Shown here: piece after piece, positions 19,824 through 28,900 of the stretch
Layout: the number at the start of each line of letters is the position of its first letter
Numbering within the stretch: position 1 is the stretch's first letter
Assembly: GCA_038214755.1 (NCBI GenBank)
Contig: JBBQRQ010000009.1
Coordinates: 9,587-73,586, forward strand
Source of the DNA: Verrucomicrobiota bacterium
Lineage (GTDB): Bacteria > Verrucomicrobiota > Verrucomicrobiia > Limisphaerales > CANJXF01
Direction of reading: 5' to 3'
Length of the DNA stretch: 64,000 nucleotides
Translations under genes and position numbers: made by a program
The notes under the pieces: model-generated
Database searches by the model: none
Told to the model about the DNA's origin: nothing
What the model saw: the letters and a program-made list of their open reading frames with translations, nothing else

Positions 19824-22217
19824 TCAGTTCTTCAACAACCACACTTCGCTGACGCGAGATTGTTGACGCCAGTTGAGGTGTCCTTCATCCGTCAGAGGAT
19901 CGAAGGTCAAAACCAATTTGCCATCTTGAGTCAGATTTGCCGGCACGGGAAACTCTTTGATCTCGCCGACCTCTTTGCCTTGGATCGTCGGTGTCAAGAG
20001 ACTGCCATCGGCGCGCAGTTTGGCCTGGCCATAACCGGTCAACCGCACTCGATAGGAAGATTGCGGGTCGAGATGATGGTATGCGATGCCGAGCGGCCAA
20101 TCCATGCTGGTCTGCCAGGAGAGTCGTTTGCGGCTCGAACCCTCATTCCACCACCAGAAGCCCGGAGTCGGATTCTTGTCCATCGTCGGATCAGTGTTCA
20201 ACCCTTCTCCGCGGATGACGTGAGGCGACTTGGCAATGTTTCCTACCTCGTCATAAAAACTGCCTGAGCCGGGAGTTTCCCAAGTGCGAATTGTCTCAAG
20301 CTGTTTCAACTTGTCGGGTTCTGTTGCGAGTTTGCGAATGCGCGCGAACTCGTCCTCCAGCCACCAACGGTTATTGAGCGGGTGATCAACAAAGTCCAGA
20401 ACTGCGCCTCGCTCATGCCCACTGGCCTGGTAACGTTCGACACTGGTTTGCAGCTTGATGGACTTGAATAGGTCCTCGCATAACTGGACTATCCGCTCTC
20501 GCCACTCTTTCTTCACGGGTTGCGCAACTGCTCGTTGCAAAACAGCGAGGGCATCGTTCATCGCAGACTCCGAACCTTGTTTCGACGCATTGGCCAAAGC
20601 GCTGTTCGCTTCGTTTTCCAATTTGGATTCATAGAGCAAACGATGTCGCGTGTAGGCATCGTAGTAAGCGCGAAGGAGACAAAGTTGCCAACGCCAGTTG
20701 TCGCGCACCGCCGGAGATTTGCGTTCGAGTTGTTGCCAGTGCGCCAGCGTTCCATCCACGCTGCCATTCGCGGCCAGTGGGCCTTCCCAGTTTTTTTCCA
20801 GCGCGAGAATGCCGTCGGCAGCGGACTCGGCCACAGTCGGTCCGAAGAAGAACCGAGTGTATTGAACGAGGATGTCGCTCGCTTCCAAATCGGGATTCCA
20901 ACCCAACATGCTCCACACGGTTTTGTTCACGTCATCGTGCGCGCCGTCCGAGTAGGAAATCGAACCGGTGGTGTAAGGGCCGAAATAATTTTGAATCAGC
21001 TTGTAGAAAACGGGACGGGGATTCGAACACTCCCGGCCCAAGGTGAAATTAAAGGCGGCGTCCCACCACACGACCGGAAACTGGCAACGAACCGTATGCG
21101 TGATGTCCGGGTAGTCGCGCAATCCGTACTTTTGTGGCAAGCGCGCTCGCGTCTGCGGAATAGGCGGACTGCTCGGACCGGCCACCAGACCGCCGAGCCA
21201 ATCCGGCATTTTTTCGTTAATCCAGGTGTGAACGGTATCCACTTGTGGCTTTTTAAATCCCTGCATCGAGAGCCAGATTTTCGCGCGCGGATGATGCTTC
21301 GCCAGCACCTTGGACAAGTCTTCGAGAAAAGGAATGACGTGTTCCGGCTCGTTGTTTCCGGGATCGCCTCCGGGAAAAAAAATTCCGTCAAGGCGTTTGC
21401 AATCGCGAAAAAATCTTTCGTGTTCTTCCAAGGCTTTCGTGCGTTTCGCGCTATCCTTGAGATCGAAATCGGCGGGAGTCCAAATCCAATACTGCATCTC
21501 ATAGCGCGCGCAAATTTCGCTGATCTTCCGGTCCATGACCTCGCGGGGCAACGGCATGTGCGGACTTTTCCTGTCATCCTGAAACGGAATGCTCTCGATG
21601 CTGTTCGCGCCAAACAAAGCCAACTCGCGGATGTATTGCTCGTATTGCTTGTCGTCCCAAGCATCGTAACTGTTGGCTGCGGCGCGATAACCGAGTTGAT
21701 GCCCGCGAATAGGATGAACCGGAGCAGTGGCAATATCCAGACTGGATGGAACGCTGGCGGAACCTTTGGCCCAATCCAATGATCGCAGAAGTTGACCGAC
21801 GCCGAAAAGCGTTCCCCGCGAATCTGCGCCAGTGATCCAGACGATACCCGGCTTCGCCTCGCCGCTTTCCACGAGCAGTCGAAAACCTTCCGGACGATTC
21901 TCCGGCAAATCCGTACCTTCGCGTCGCGGAATCGTTTTATTCCAGCCCGAGACATCTGGCGTCGATGAGATCGCGATGGCGACCCCACGCTTCGGCCAAT
22001 TGGTACTGATCGACCAGTTCAGTCCCGTCCGTTTCTTCACTTCTTCCACCAAGACGCGGGCGGCGGTCTGCTCGGCGGGAGGAAGATTTCCCGGACGCAC
22101 GACGACGGTGGCTTTGCTTAGATCAAGATTTGTTGCGATGCGCGATTCCGCCAGCAAACAGAAACTCGACATCAACATAGTTGCGACGGCCAAGAAGCTG
22201 GGTCGAAATGAATGCAT
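19824..22217 (-). CDS. secreted hypothetical protein, possibly a TIM-barrel glycoside-hydrolase-like enzyme
   Basis: Start moved to MHSFRPSFLAVATMLMSSFCLLAES (ATG at 22217). The region IRGHQLGYRAAANSYDAWDDKQYEQYIRELALFGANSIE...FFPGGDPGNNEP resembles glycosidase catalytic cores. Family not identified. Confidence 0.5.
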   Translation of the reverse strand: MHSFRPSFLAVATMLMSSFCLLAESRIATNLDLSKATVVVRPGNLPPAEQTAARVLVEEVKKRTGLNWSISTNWPKRGVAIAISSTPDVSGWNKTIPRREGTDLPENRPEGFRLLVESGEAKPGIVWITGADSRGTLFGVGQLLRSLDWAKGSASVPSSLDIATAPVHPIRGHQLGYRAAANSYDAWDDKQYEQYIRELALFGANSIESIPFQDDRKSPHMPLPREVMDRKISEICARYEMQYWIWTPADFDLKDSAKRTKALEEHERFFRDCKRLDGIFFPGGDPGNNEPEHVIPFLEDLSKVLAKHHPRAKIWLSMQGFKKPQVDTVHTWINEKMPDWLGGLVAGPSSPPIPQTRARLPQKYGLRDYPDITHTVRCQFPVVWWDAAFNFTLGRECSNPRPVFYKLIQNYFGPYTTGSISYSDGAHDDVNKTVWSMLGWNPDLEASDILVQYTRFFFGPTVAESAADGILALEKNWEGPLAANGSVDGTLAHWQQLERKSPAVRDNWRWQLCLLRAYYDAYTRHRLLYESKLENEANSALANASKQGSESAMNDALAVLQRAVAQPVKKEWRERIVQLCEDLFKSIKLQTSVERYQASGHERGAVLDFVDHPLNNRWWLEDEFARIRKLATEPDKLKQLETIRTWETPGSGSFYDEVGNIAKSPHVIRGEGLNTDPTMDKNPTPGFWWWNEGSSRKRLSWQTSMDWPLGIAYHHLDPQSSYRVRLTGYGQAKLRADGSLLTPTIQGKEVGEIKEFPVPANLTQDGKLVLTFDPLTDEGHLNWRQQSRVSEVWLLKN

Positions 22218-22387
22218 GCAATAATCTCCGCAAAACCGGAGAAGGAGCGCAATGGAAAAGAACGAGTCAATATTAAGGCGGGCATACTTTTCAGCCGCGT
22301 TATGTCGCACGATCGAGCGGTGGTGAACCGGGCGACGTTTGACGAGGAATGGGTTTGGGAGGGGGCGAAACAGAAAAGTGCCAAGAG

Positions 22388-23020
22388 TTAAGCGAAACGC
22401 CGACGCAGATTCGCTCCTAACAACAGGACGCTGAAACTTAAAAGAACTAGGGAAGGCGGTTCAGGAACGGCCATTGCATGGATGGCGAATTGAAAGGGGT
22501 TCGGACGGTAGCCTGACCAGCTTGAGCCGTTAGGCGAGCTTAAAAAGCCACCATCCAAAAACCATCCGTTACTCGCACTGTATTGGGATGTATTCTGAAT
22601 ACTCCATTGATACGCTCCAACCGCAACAGGTGTTCCCGCGGTAATCACAACAAAATAACGAGTTGCTGGCGATAATGACAGGCTCGCGGCGATATAGGTG
22701 TAAATGCCTCCGGCGTCCGGGTTAGCTCCCGCCAAGTTACCTTGGCTGGTCCCCGGCACAACGCCGTTCGCATCGTAAAGATAGGCAGCAAAACCACCAG
22801 GCTTCCCTACAGAGGAAGCCATTAACAGTTGGATTGAACTGAGTTCGTAGCCTCCTACATTCGTCCCAGTGTGAAAGGAAACTGCCCGCCACGAGTCGCT
22901 TGCCACTGTGGTTACGTCTGCAGACGGCCCAAAATTTGATAAATAAGTCGTTCCTTGAGCTTTTCCAATCAGCGGTGTGAGGAAACCTACCAGCAGAAAA
23001 GTAGAAATTGTCTTTTTCAT
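22388..23020 (-). CDS. PEP-CTERM sorting-domain protein
   Basis: Signal peptide MKKTISTFLLVGFLTPLIGKAQG. The C-terminus AVPEPPSLVLLSFSVLLLGANLRRRFA reads as a PEP motif, a TM helix and a basic tail. Confidence 0.75.
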   Translation of the reverse strand: MKKTISTFLLVGFLTPLIGKAQGTTYLSNFGPSADVTTVASDSWRAVSFHTGTNVGGYELSSIQLLMASSVGKPGGFAAYLYDANGVVPGTSQGNLAGANPDAGGIYTYIAASLSLSPATRYFVVITAGTPVAVGAYQWSIQNTSQYSASNGWFLDGGFLSSPNGSSWSGYRPNPFQFAIHAMAVPEPPSLVLLSFSVLLLGANLRRRFA

Positions 23021-23037
23021 AAATTGCTCCGTGAAAC

Positions 23038-26000
23038 TTACTCACAAGATGACCAGGCCTTCAGAAAGAGGGCGGAATCGAGAATTGCATCACCGAAATC
23101 TTCAATCGCAATTTTGATATGGTTCGTAACATTGGCTGAAACCTGAATCTGCGCCGTGAGCAGCACGGTGGTTCCATCATATTGGAGGTTAAAAATCGGG
23201 GTTTTAGTGGAGTAGTTTGGATCTCCATTGTCCACATAGTACTGAGGATTGGCAGGGGGAACATAGACATTCGATATATTAGTACCTCCTCCATTAATTG
23301 AATTAACCGTCACCGCTGTGCTGGTTCCCGGGACCAATGCAATATTATTGGTCGTATTAATAACCCAATTTGTGCCGTTATAGTTCGTGCTGACAAAGAT
23401 CGCCATAGGGTCGCTATAGCCATTCGTCGTGTTTATGTATTCGGGATATTCTTCGGAAGCGAAGATATATTTAAACTGGAGCAGAAAGGAATTTGACGAG
23501 ATAATATCGAACTCAAGAACTGCCGCATTAGCCACTATGCCGGTCCCTACGAGACTATCAAGGTCGGTGTCGTTTACGGCGTTATTATTGAGGCCTGCGT
23601 CGGATTGGTTGTTGGGGCCAATCGCAAGTGCAATGTCACCCGATGAAAGAATCACTCCGCCCTCGATTGGGAGTCCGACCGCAAAGCCGTTTGTAAATAA
23701 ACCTAGAGCTACTTGTGCTCCGATGTTAGTTGCGTTCGTAACTATAACGCCGGGTGGCATCAATAGCTGCGCCAGTTCCGTTGGTGTGGCATTGGTGCTC
23801 ACCCAGAGACGCTCTCGGTAATGGAATCCAATATCGACCGCGCTGGAGTCGAGAGTTTGATTTGTAAGCACCGTGAAATTCGAGAGTCGGGCGTCTTCAG
23901 TGGTTCTGCTCCCGGCATCCAGCAAAAGACTCAAGTTGCCATCGCTATCGGGATAATAAAATCGACCCAAGAGGCCGGTTTCATAGGCGGGATTGTCGGC
24001 CAAGATTACGTCGTTGCTCGCGTTCGGGCTCAGCCGAGTCTGGTTGGTGATATAGCCGTTGTAATCGTGAGTAAAGTATTCGCCCGTCCCGCCGCGCGTA
24101 ATTGTCGTTCTATCGAATAAATTATCGTAGGCCAAGAGAACTGGACTGTCCGCCTGAGCTTTGTAAAAAAGGGTGCCTCCGTAAAAAAGATTATTGTATA
24201 AGTACCATTCTTTATCATAACCGTTATCTTCCAAAGAAACATAGACGCGGTGCCATAGGCAATTTGTTAGAGCAAATGACGCCTCGTTTCCTGTGAACTT
24301 CCCTCCATAAAACTGAGAGTGGGTAAACGAAGATAAACCGGTGCTACTGGTTGTATCGTCGAAATGATTACCGGTTCCGCCTGGGAGCGACCAGCCAGTA
24401 AAATATGTCCGCACGGTCGGCGAACTGGACAACATCTTTACGCTGCTAGCGACGGAACTGAATGACCAGTTCGTTGTGCTCTGCTCTTGGACGGTGTTGT
24501 AACGGACTATCCAGTTGAGTCGTCCGGGATTTCCCTCCGATATTAAACCGCCCGAATTCAGTCCCAGCCCATAAGACGATGAGGAGCCATAGATACCGAG
24601 AGCGACCCCACAGGTTAGTTTTACAGTAGCGGCGACTGTTCGACCGCTAACCACGTAATCCAGCGGGTCGTAGTGGTAGCCACGATCGGGTGTGTCCGTG
24701 TCCCTCTGCGCATAAGGCTGGAGCATCGTATCCACCGAGAAGTTATTCGTATAGACAAATGGCGGATAAGTAGTTTTCTTCTTCAAGTCGGCTGCCAGGC
24801 TCGAAGTAATATTCGTTGTGCCGGTATCACGATTCGTGCTCGAGTCAGCGAGATAATGGCTCCCGGCCCCGACAGTTTGAAAGACACCACTGGCACTGGC
24901 ATAGGTTACTACCTGGTTCGTGGAGACAACGTCCAGGCTCCCGAGGCCATTTGTGATCGCAACAAGGAGGCAGTTTGTCAGATAAAGTTCACTGTTGGCG
25001 CTTCCAGCGTGGACCCAAAACTTATTGCAGGCATCCACGGTCAGGTGTTGGCCGCGAAAGATGTTGTCATACCCGCCGTTGATGACATTGGTGACTAAGT
25101 AATAAAGACAATTGTCCGCATAGATAGTGTTTTCACCGTTGTTTTCCAAATTGAGGGCATACCGGCAATCGATAAACTGCATGTTGCCTAACCGAAATTC
25201 GCCGGAGTTGAAGAGCAGCGTGACCGCACTATTGGCGTGGGAAAAACGAAGATAATTCAATGCGCCACCGCTCGTGCTGAAGTCCAGCCCCTCTCCATAT
25301 TTTCCGGACGGAGAACCGGTGCTGCCTGAAATGGTTTCTCCGACGGTATTATCGTCCTTGGCGGTGAACACGGCCGGGCGATAGGGTTCGGTCTTACAAT
25401 CAATAGAACCGGTGACCGAAATTGCGGGGGCGTTACTGGAAAACTTCACCACTGTCCCGCCCTCAATTACAGTGGCTTGGCTCAAGGTCACACGACCGCT
25501 CATATAATAGGTCGTGTCGCCTTTAAAAGTAAAATTCGTGGCAGACGAAAGAACTGAATAATCCAGAACAAATCCTTTTTCCCTTGGTTTAAGGATTGCC
25601 ACTTCGATGGAGTTTTTCTTTTTCGTGTTTGTCGCTGCTCGTTTCGGCAGCAGCCGTTCCAAAGAAACGACATGACGCACACCTTTTGCCGTTGGCTTAA
25701 TAGCGGCGTGCGCAGGCAACGGCAACGTTCCAAGATGGTTTTTAATTTTCTGGTAATCCAATTCCTCAATCAGAAAATTCCGCTCGTTCAATTTTACCCA
25801 TGCTTTATCCACCGTCACCGGTTCGAGCGCCGTTTCATGGCCGATGAAAAAAGCTTTTCCCACTCCAATCTGCATTGCGCCAAAATCCAAGATTGCGTCG
25901 CACTCGCGTTCGCCGCGAACCTGTTTCTGGATGTGCGGCGCGGGCGGATCATTGAACTCAGTCAACAGTTGCAAACGCGTCGTTTGCGGATTCAAACCGT

Positions 26001-26562
26001 AATCGGCTGGGGAAGAAAATTGCTCCCGAAAGATGACGTCCTGTTCCAAACCGGCTTTCGTGTAGGTGTAGCGCACATCCGCTTTCAGGTCTGTAAACGC
26101 GTTGGGATAAATCAGCACGTTCGGTTCAGTGAGCACGCCAATGGAATCTTTCAATTCCGCGATCAAGACGTTTTGGCCCGTGGCGGCATCAAAATAACTC
26201 AACCCCAAAATATGTGACGTGAGGCGTTTCCCATCTCGCATCACCAAATCCACCGCGCCCGGGGCATTGAGGTTGGCAAGAAAACGGACTTGGTGATTGC
26301 CCTTGAGCGTTGCGGCCCCGGTGGGAGTGATTTCAATGACCGCTTCCGATTCCCGCCATTGGCCATCCTCCAAATAATGCATCCCTGTTTCCAATTCGGT
26401 ATAGCCAGCCTTGATCGGCCTGTCATTGCCATTTATTAACTCTGTCCGCTCCCAAACCCGATGGTTGAATCCTCTCTCTGCGATAGAGAACTCGGCCTGC
26501 TGGGCGACAGCCGCTCCGGTTATCAACAGAGTGAAAACAAAGCAGCAAAGGGAGGGTTTCAT
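23038..26562 (-). CDS. giant secreted protein with beta-helix-like middle region and a C-terminal choice-of-anchor-L-like domain
   Basis: Start at MKPSLCCFVFTLLITGAAVAQQ (ATG at 26562). The C-terminal ~260 aa carry GGVILSSGDIALAIGPNN..DTDLDSLVG..AAVLEFDI..LQFKYIFASEEYPEYINTTNGYSDPMAIFV...IKIAIEDFGDAILDSALFLKA. Confidence 0.7.
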   Translation of the reverse strand: MKPSLCCFVFTLLITGAAVAQQAEFSIAERGFNHRVWERTELINGNDRPIKAGYTELETGMHYLEDGQWRESEAVIEITPTGAATLKGNHQVRFLANLNAPGAVDLVMRDGKRLTSHILGLSYFDAATGQNVLIAELKDSIGVLTEPNVLIYPNAFTDLKADVRYTYTKAGLEQDVIFREQFSSPADYGLNPQTTRLQLLTEFNDPPAPHIQKQVRGERECDAILDFGAMQIGVGKAFFIGHETALEPVTVDKAWVKLNERNFLIEELDYQKIKNHLGTLPLPAHAAIKPTAKGVRHVVSLERLLPKRAATNTKKKNSIEVAILKPREKGFVLDYSVLSSATNFTFKGDTTYYMSGRVTLSQATVIEGGTVVKFSSNAPAISVTGSIDCKTEPYRPAVFTAKDDNTVGETISGSTGSPSGKYGEGLDFSTSGGALNYLRFSHANSAVTLLFNSGEFRLGNMQFIDCRYALNLENNGENTIYADNCLYYLVTNVINGGYDNIFRGQHLTVDACNKFWVHAGSANSELYLTNCLLVAITNGLGSLDVVSTNQVVTYASASGVFQTVGAGSHYLADSSTNRDTGTTNITSSLAADLKKKTTYPPFVYTNNFSVDTMLQPYAQRDTDTPDRGYHYDPLDYVVSGRTVAATVKLTCGVALGIYGSSSSYGLGLNSGGLISEGNPGRLNWIVRYNTVQEQSTTNWSFSSVASSVKMLSSSPTVRTYFTGWSLPGGTGNHFDDTTSSTGLSSFTHSQFYGGKFTGNEASFALTNCLWHRVYVSLEDNGYDKEWYLYNNLFYGGTLFYKAQADSPVLLAYDNLFDRTTITRGGTGEYFTHDYNGYITNQTRLSPNASNDVILADNPAYETGLLGRFYYPDSDGNLSLLLDAGSRTTEDARLSNFTVLTNQTLDSSAVDIGFHYRERLWVSTNATPTELAQLLMPPGVIVTNATNIGAQVALGLFTNGFAVGLPIEGGVILSSGDIALAIGPNNQSDAGLNNNAVNDTDLDSLVGTGIVANAAVLEFDIISSNSFLLQFKYIFASEEYPEYINTTNGYSDPMAIFVSTNYNGTNWVINTTNNIALVPGTSTAVTVNSINGGGTNISNVYVPPANPQYYVDNGDPNYSTKTPIFNLQYDGTTVLLTAQIQVSANVTNHIKIAIEDFGDAILDSALFLKAWSSCE

Positions 26563-26707
26563 AGTTTTGGACGAAAGGCACCGCGGACATCGGAATGTTA
26601 TGGGAGACAGGCCAAGCCTAGACCTTATCGGCGGGATGTCAATGCAAGGATCAAATTGATTTTTTAATAGCGAAGGCGAGATCAAACCGGGCAGTGTTGG
26701 AAGCGGA

Positions 26708-27505
26708 ATGATTCAACCACCGTTTCAAAACAGACTACTTGCTTTGGTGGTGAGCGGCTTATTGCTGGCCACCACTGTAGAAGCGCAAACTTCAACGAAC
26801 CGTTTTGCTTTTGAAGAGTTTTTGCTGGTGCCGGTGCGTGTTCATTTGCTCGCGGCCAAAGATTCGCCGGCCATTCAGACAACGCTCACGGAAACGGACA
26901 TCACTCGCATTTGGAAAAAAGTAAACGGCGTGTGGTCGCAGGCTGGCTTGCATTTTTATATCGAATCGCTGGTGAAGGAGGAAGCAGACCATCAGAAAAC
27001 CGACCCGCAGCCTGGCCCTCAAGTTGATGGCAAAGCGTTGCTCGGATTGCGACTTGGGCAATCTCAGGCCGACAAGATGTTTCACGTTTATTATGTGAAG
27101 GAGATGTCGGTGAACGGCATTTATTTTCCTCAAGCCATTTTTGTGAAGGACACTGCTTCGCTTCGTCAGGTCGAGGGCGGAATCGACGAACCGATACCGC
27201 GCGTAACCTCGCACGAGCTAGGCCACGCCTTCACGCTTCCGCACCGCCAACATACTACGAACCTCATGGCGTCCGGAACCACTGGCACTCGTCTCAATGA
27301 AGAAGAAATCTCTCAGGCGCGCAACGCAGCCAAGTCGTTGAAATGGATTGTGGCCGCACCGGACATGATGAAGCAGGCCGATGCACAGTTCCGCGCCAAA
27401 AAAATGGACGAAGCGGCAACATTGTATTCAAGGCTGGCGACGATTCCATTGAACACTGACCCGGTAGAATTGGCCAGGAAGCGAGCGGGAAATCCCATTC
27501 AGTGA
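26708..27505 (+). CDS. secreted zinc metalloprotease (metzincin-like HExxHxxxxxH)
   Basis: Signal-like N-terminus. Motif HELGHAFTLPH followed by NLM (a possible Met-turn). The C-terminal helical region is TPR-like. Confidence 0.6.
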   Translation: MIQPPFQNRLLALVVSGLLLATTVEAQTSTNRFAFEEFLLVPVRVHLLAAKDSPAIQTTLTETDITRIWKKVNGVWSQAGLHFYIESLVKEEADHQKTDPQPGPQVDGKALLGLRLGQSQADKMFHVYYVKEMSVNGIYFPQAIFVKDTASLRQVEGGIDEPIPRVTSHELGHAFTLPHRQHTTNLMASGTTGTRLNEEEISQARNAAKSLKWIVAAPDMMKQADAQFRAKKMDEAATLYSRLATIPLNTDPVELARKRAGNPIQ

Positions 27506-27540
27506 GCCTGGGAATCCAGGGTTGAGGATCAACCGGTATG

Positions 27541-27699
27541 ATTTAAACTGGCGGTCACAACCGTTGCCTGGAAAGCGGCGGAGGGCCGCCGCACTCCAAG
27601 ATGCTCGCGCGAATTTCAAGGTCAAGGGTGCATGAACGGCGCGAAGCGTCTTGGAGTGCGCCCGTCCTCTGGCGCTTTTGTTTGACCGCCAGTTTAAAT
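27541..27699. repeat. ~160-bp imperfect palindromic element between convergent genes
   Basis: Outer arms atttaaactggcggtca (27541-57) and tgaccgccagtttaaat (27683-99). Inner arms cgcactccaagatgctcgcgc (27590-610) and gcgcgaagcgtcttggagtgcg (27640-60). Both strands would read as ..SWSA..L.RF.. peptides. Confidence 0.75.
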
Positions 27700-27740
27700 T
27701 CCACCCAGGTTCAACTGCACTTGTGCTGTAGCACCTTCAA

Positions 27741-28727
27741 TCACGGTTCAAGCGGCTCGGCTTTTTTGCGGCGTTCTTTTAACTCTTTCCACGTGGTCAA
27801 AATGATTCCCCGTTCCTGAATCAGTTTCTTCACCGCTGGATCGGTCAACGCTTTCGCATCGGCCCGGCGGGATTCGCTTGAGTTGGTAATGAGCGGAAAA
27901 TCTTCCGTTGGAATGGAGGCGTGAAAAAGAATTTCCGTTACGCCCGGTTTTAATTCTTTAAGCAAGGCGATGAACTTTTTCGTTTTCTCCTCTGGCTTCC
28001 AACCGTAGGAAGCCGTGTGGAGATCGTCGATGACCGGCAGACCCGCGTTCCAAATTTTAGGAATCCAAGGGCGCAGTTTGCCGGCTGCTTCGGGATTTTC
28101 TTTCAATGCGTAAGTGGCATGACCGCCAATAGCGAGAATTGGAATTCCTTTCTCTATCCCGACTTTGGCGAACCGCTCGAAATAATCGGGCCGGGCAAAA
28201 AGCGTTCCCATGTGTGAATCCAGATGGGTGATGGGCAGGCCGAGAATTTCGGCTCGCTCAACCTGTGCGCGGATTTCCACTTCGATTTCATCGGGCGTGG
28301 CGTGGGTGGCGACTTTCACCACGCTTTGCCAGAGACAACCTTCTTCGTCCACCAGGCCGGGGACTTTCGGTTTGCCAGCCAGCGGCGGCCAGCGATAGAG
28401 GCTCCATTCCGACGTCAGCGTCAGATGCAGGCCGCTGTCCACCTCTGGATGTTGCTTCAAATATTTGGCGATCTCCGGCACCCACGGGCACGGCATCATG
28501 ACACTCCAGGAAGTCGCCACCCCTTTTTCCACCGTGTCGATGGCGCCCAGATTGGAGGAATGAGACATGCCGACGTCGTCCACGTGAAGGATGATGACCA
28601 CGTCATTTGGTTTCCAACCCAGACGCTCGGCGAAAGTTTTTTCCGCGTGAGAATTGTTTGGCAGGAGCATAAGGGCTGTCGCGAAAATTAAAGCGGGTAA
28701 GCACGTTTTGGTTGAAGGGAAATGCAT
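27741..28727 (-). CDS. YdjC/ChbG-family carbohydrate deacetylase with a signal peptide
   Basis: MHFPSTKTCLPALIFATALMLLPNNSHA followed by VIILHVDDVGMSHSSNLGAIDTVEKGVATSWSVMMPCPW and ..HLDSHMG.., both typical of the YdjC family. Confidence 0.75.
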   Translation of the reverse strand: MHFPSTKTCLPALIFATALMLLPNNSHAEKTFAERLGWKPNDVVIILHVDDVGMSHSSNLGAIDTVEKGVATSWSVMMPCPWVPEIAKYLKQHPEVDSGLHLTLTSEWSLYRWPPLAGKPKVPGLVDEEGCLWQSVVKVATHATPDEIEVEIRAQVERAEILGLPITHLDSHMGTLFARPDYFERFAKVGIEKGIPILAIGGHATYALKENPEAAGKLRPWIPKIWNAGLPVIDDLHTASYGWKPEEKTKKFIALLKELKPGVTEILFHASIPTEDFPLITNSSESRRADAKALTDPAVKKLIQERGIILTTWKELKERRKKAEPLEP

Positions 28728-28900
28728 GACTGACTATTCACAAAATCGATGGGCACGAAAGGAAAAAGAAATTCTGTTAAGCGGTGATTCTGGATTTTAG
28801 CTGTTGTCAGCCACGGTGAGTCCTAAAAAAAGCAGTTGCGTTTTTTTTTAAGATTGGTCAAAGTCGGCTAACGTTTCACCAATCCACTAACAGCATCACT

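Noticed and set aside
20520-21988. ORFs 20520-21782 (+, 420 aa) and 20996-21988 (-, 330 aa, other frame)
   Set aside because: Both are fully nested in the 798-aa minus-strand ORF 19824-22217, which has a signal peptide and enzyme-like motifs. Their compositions (Arg/Ser-rich) look like off-frame artefacts.
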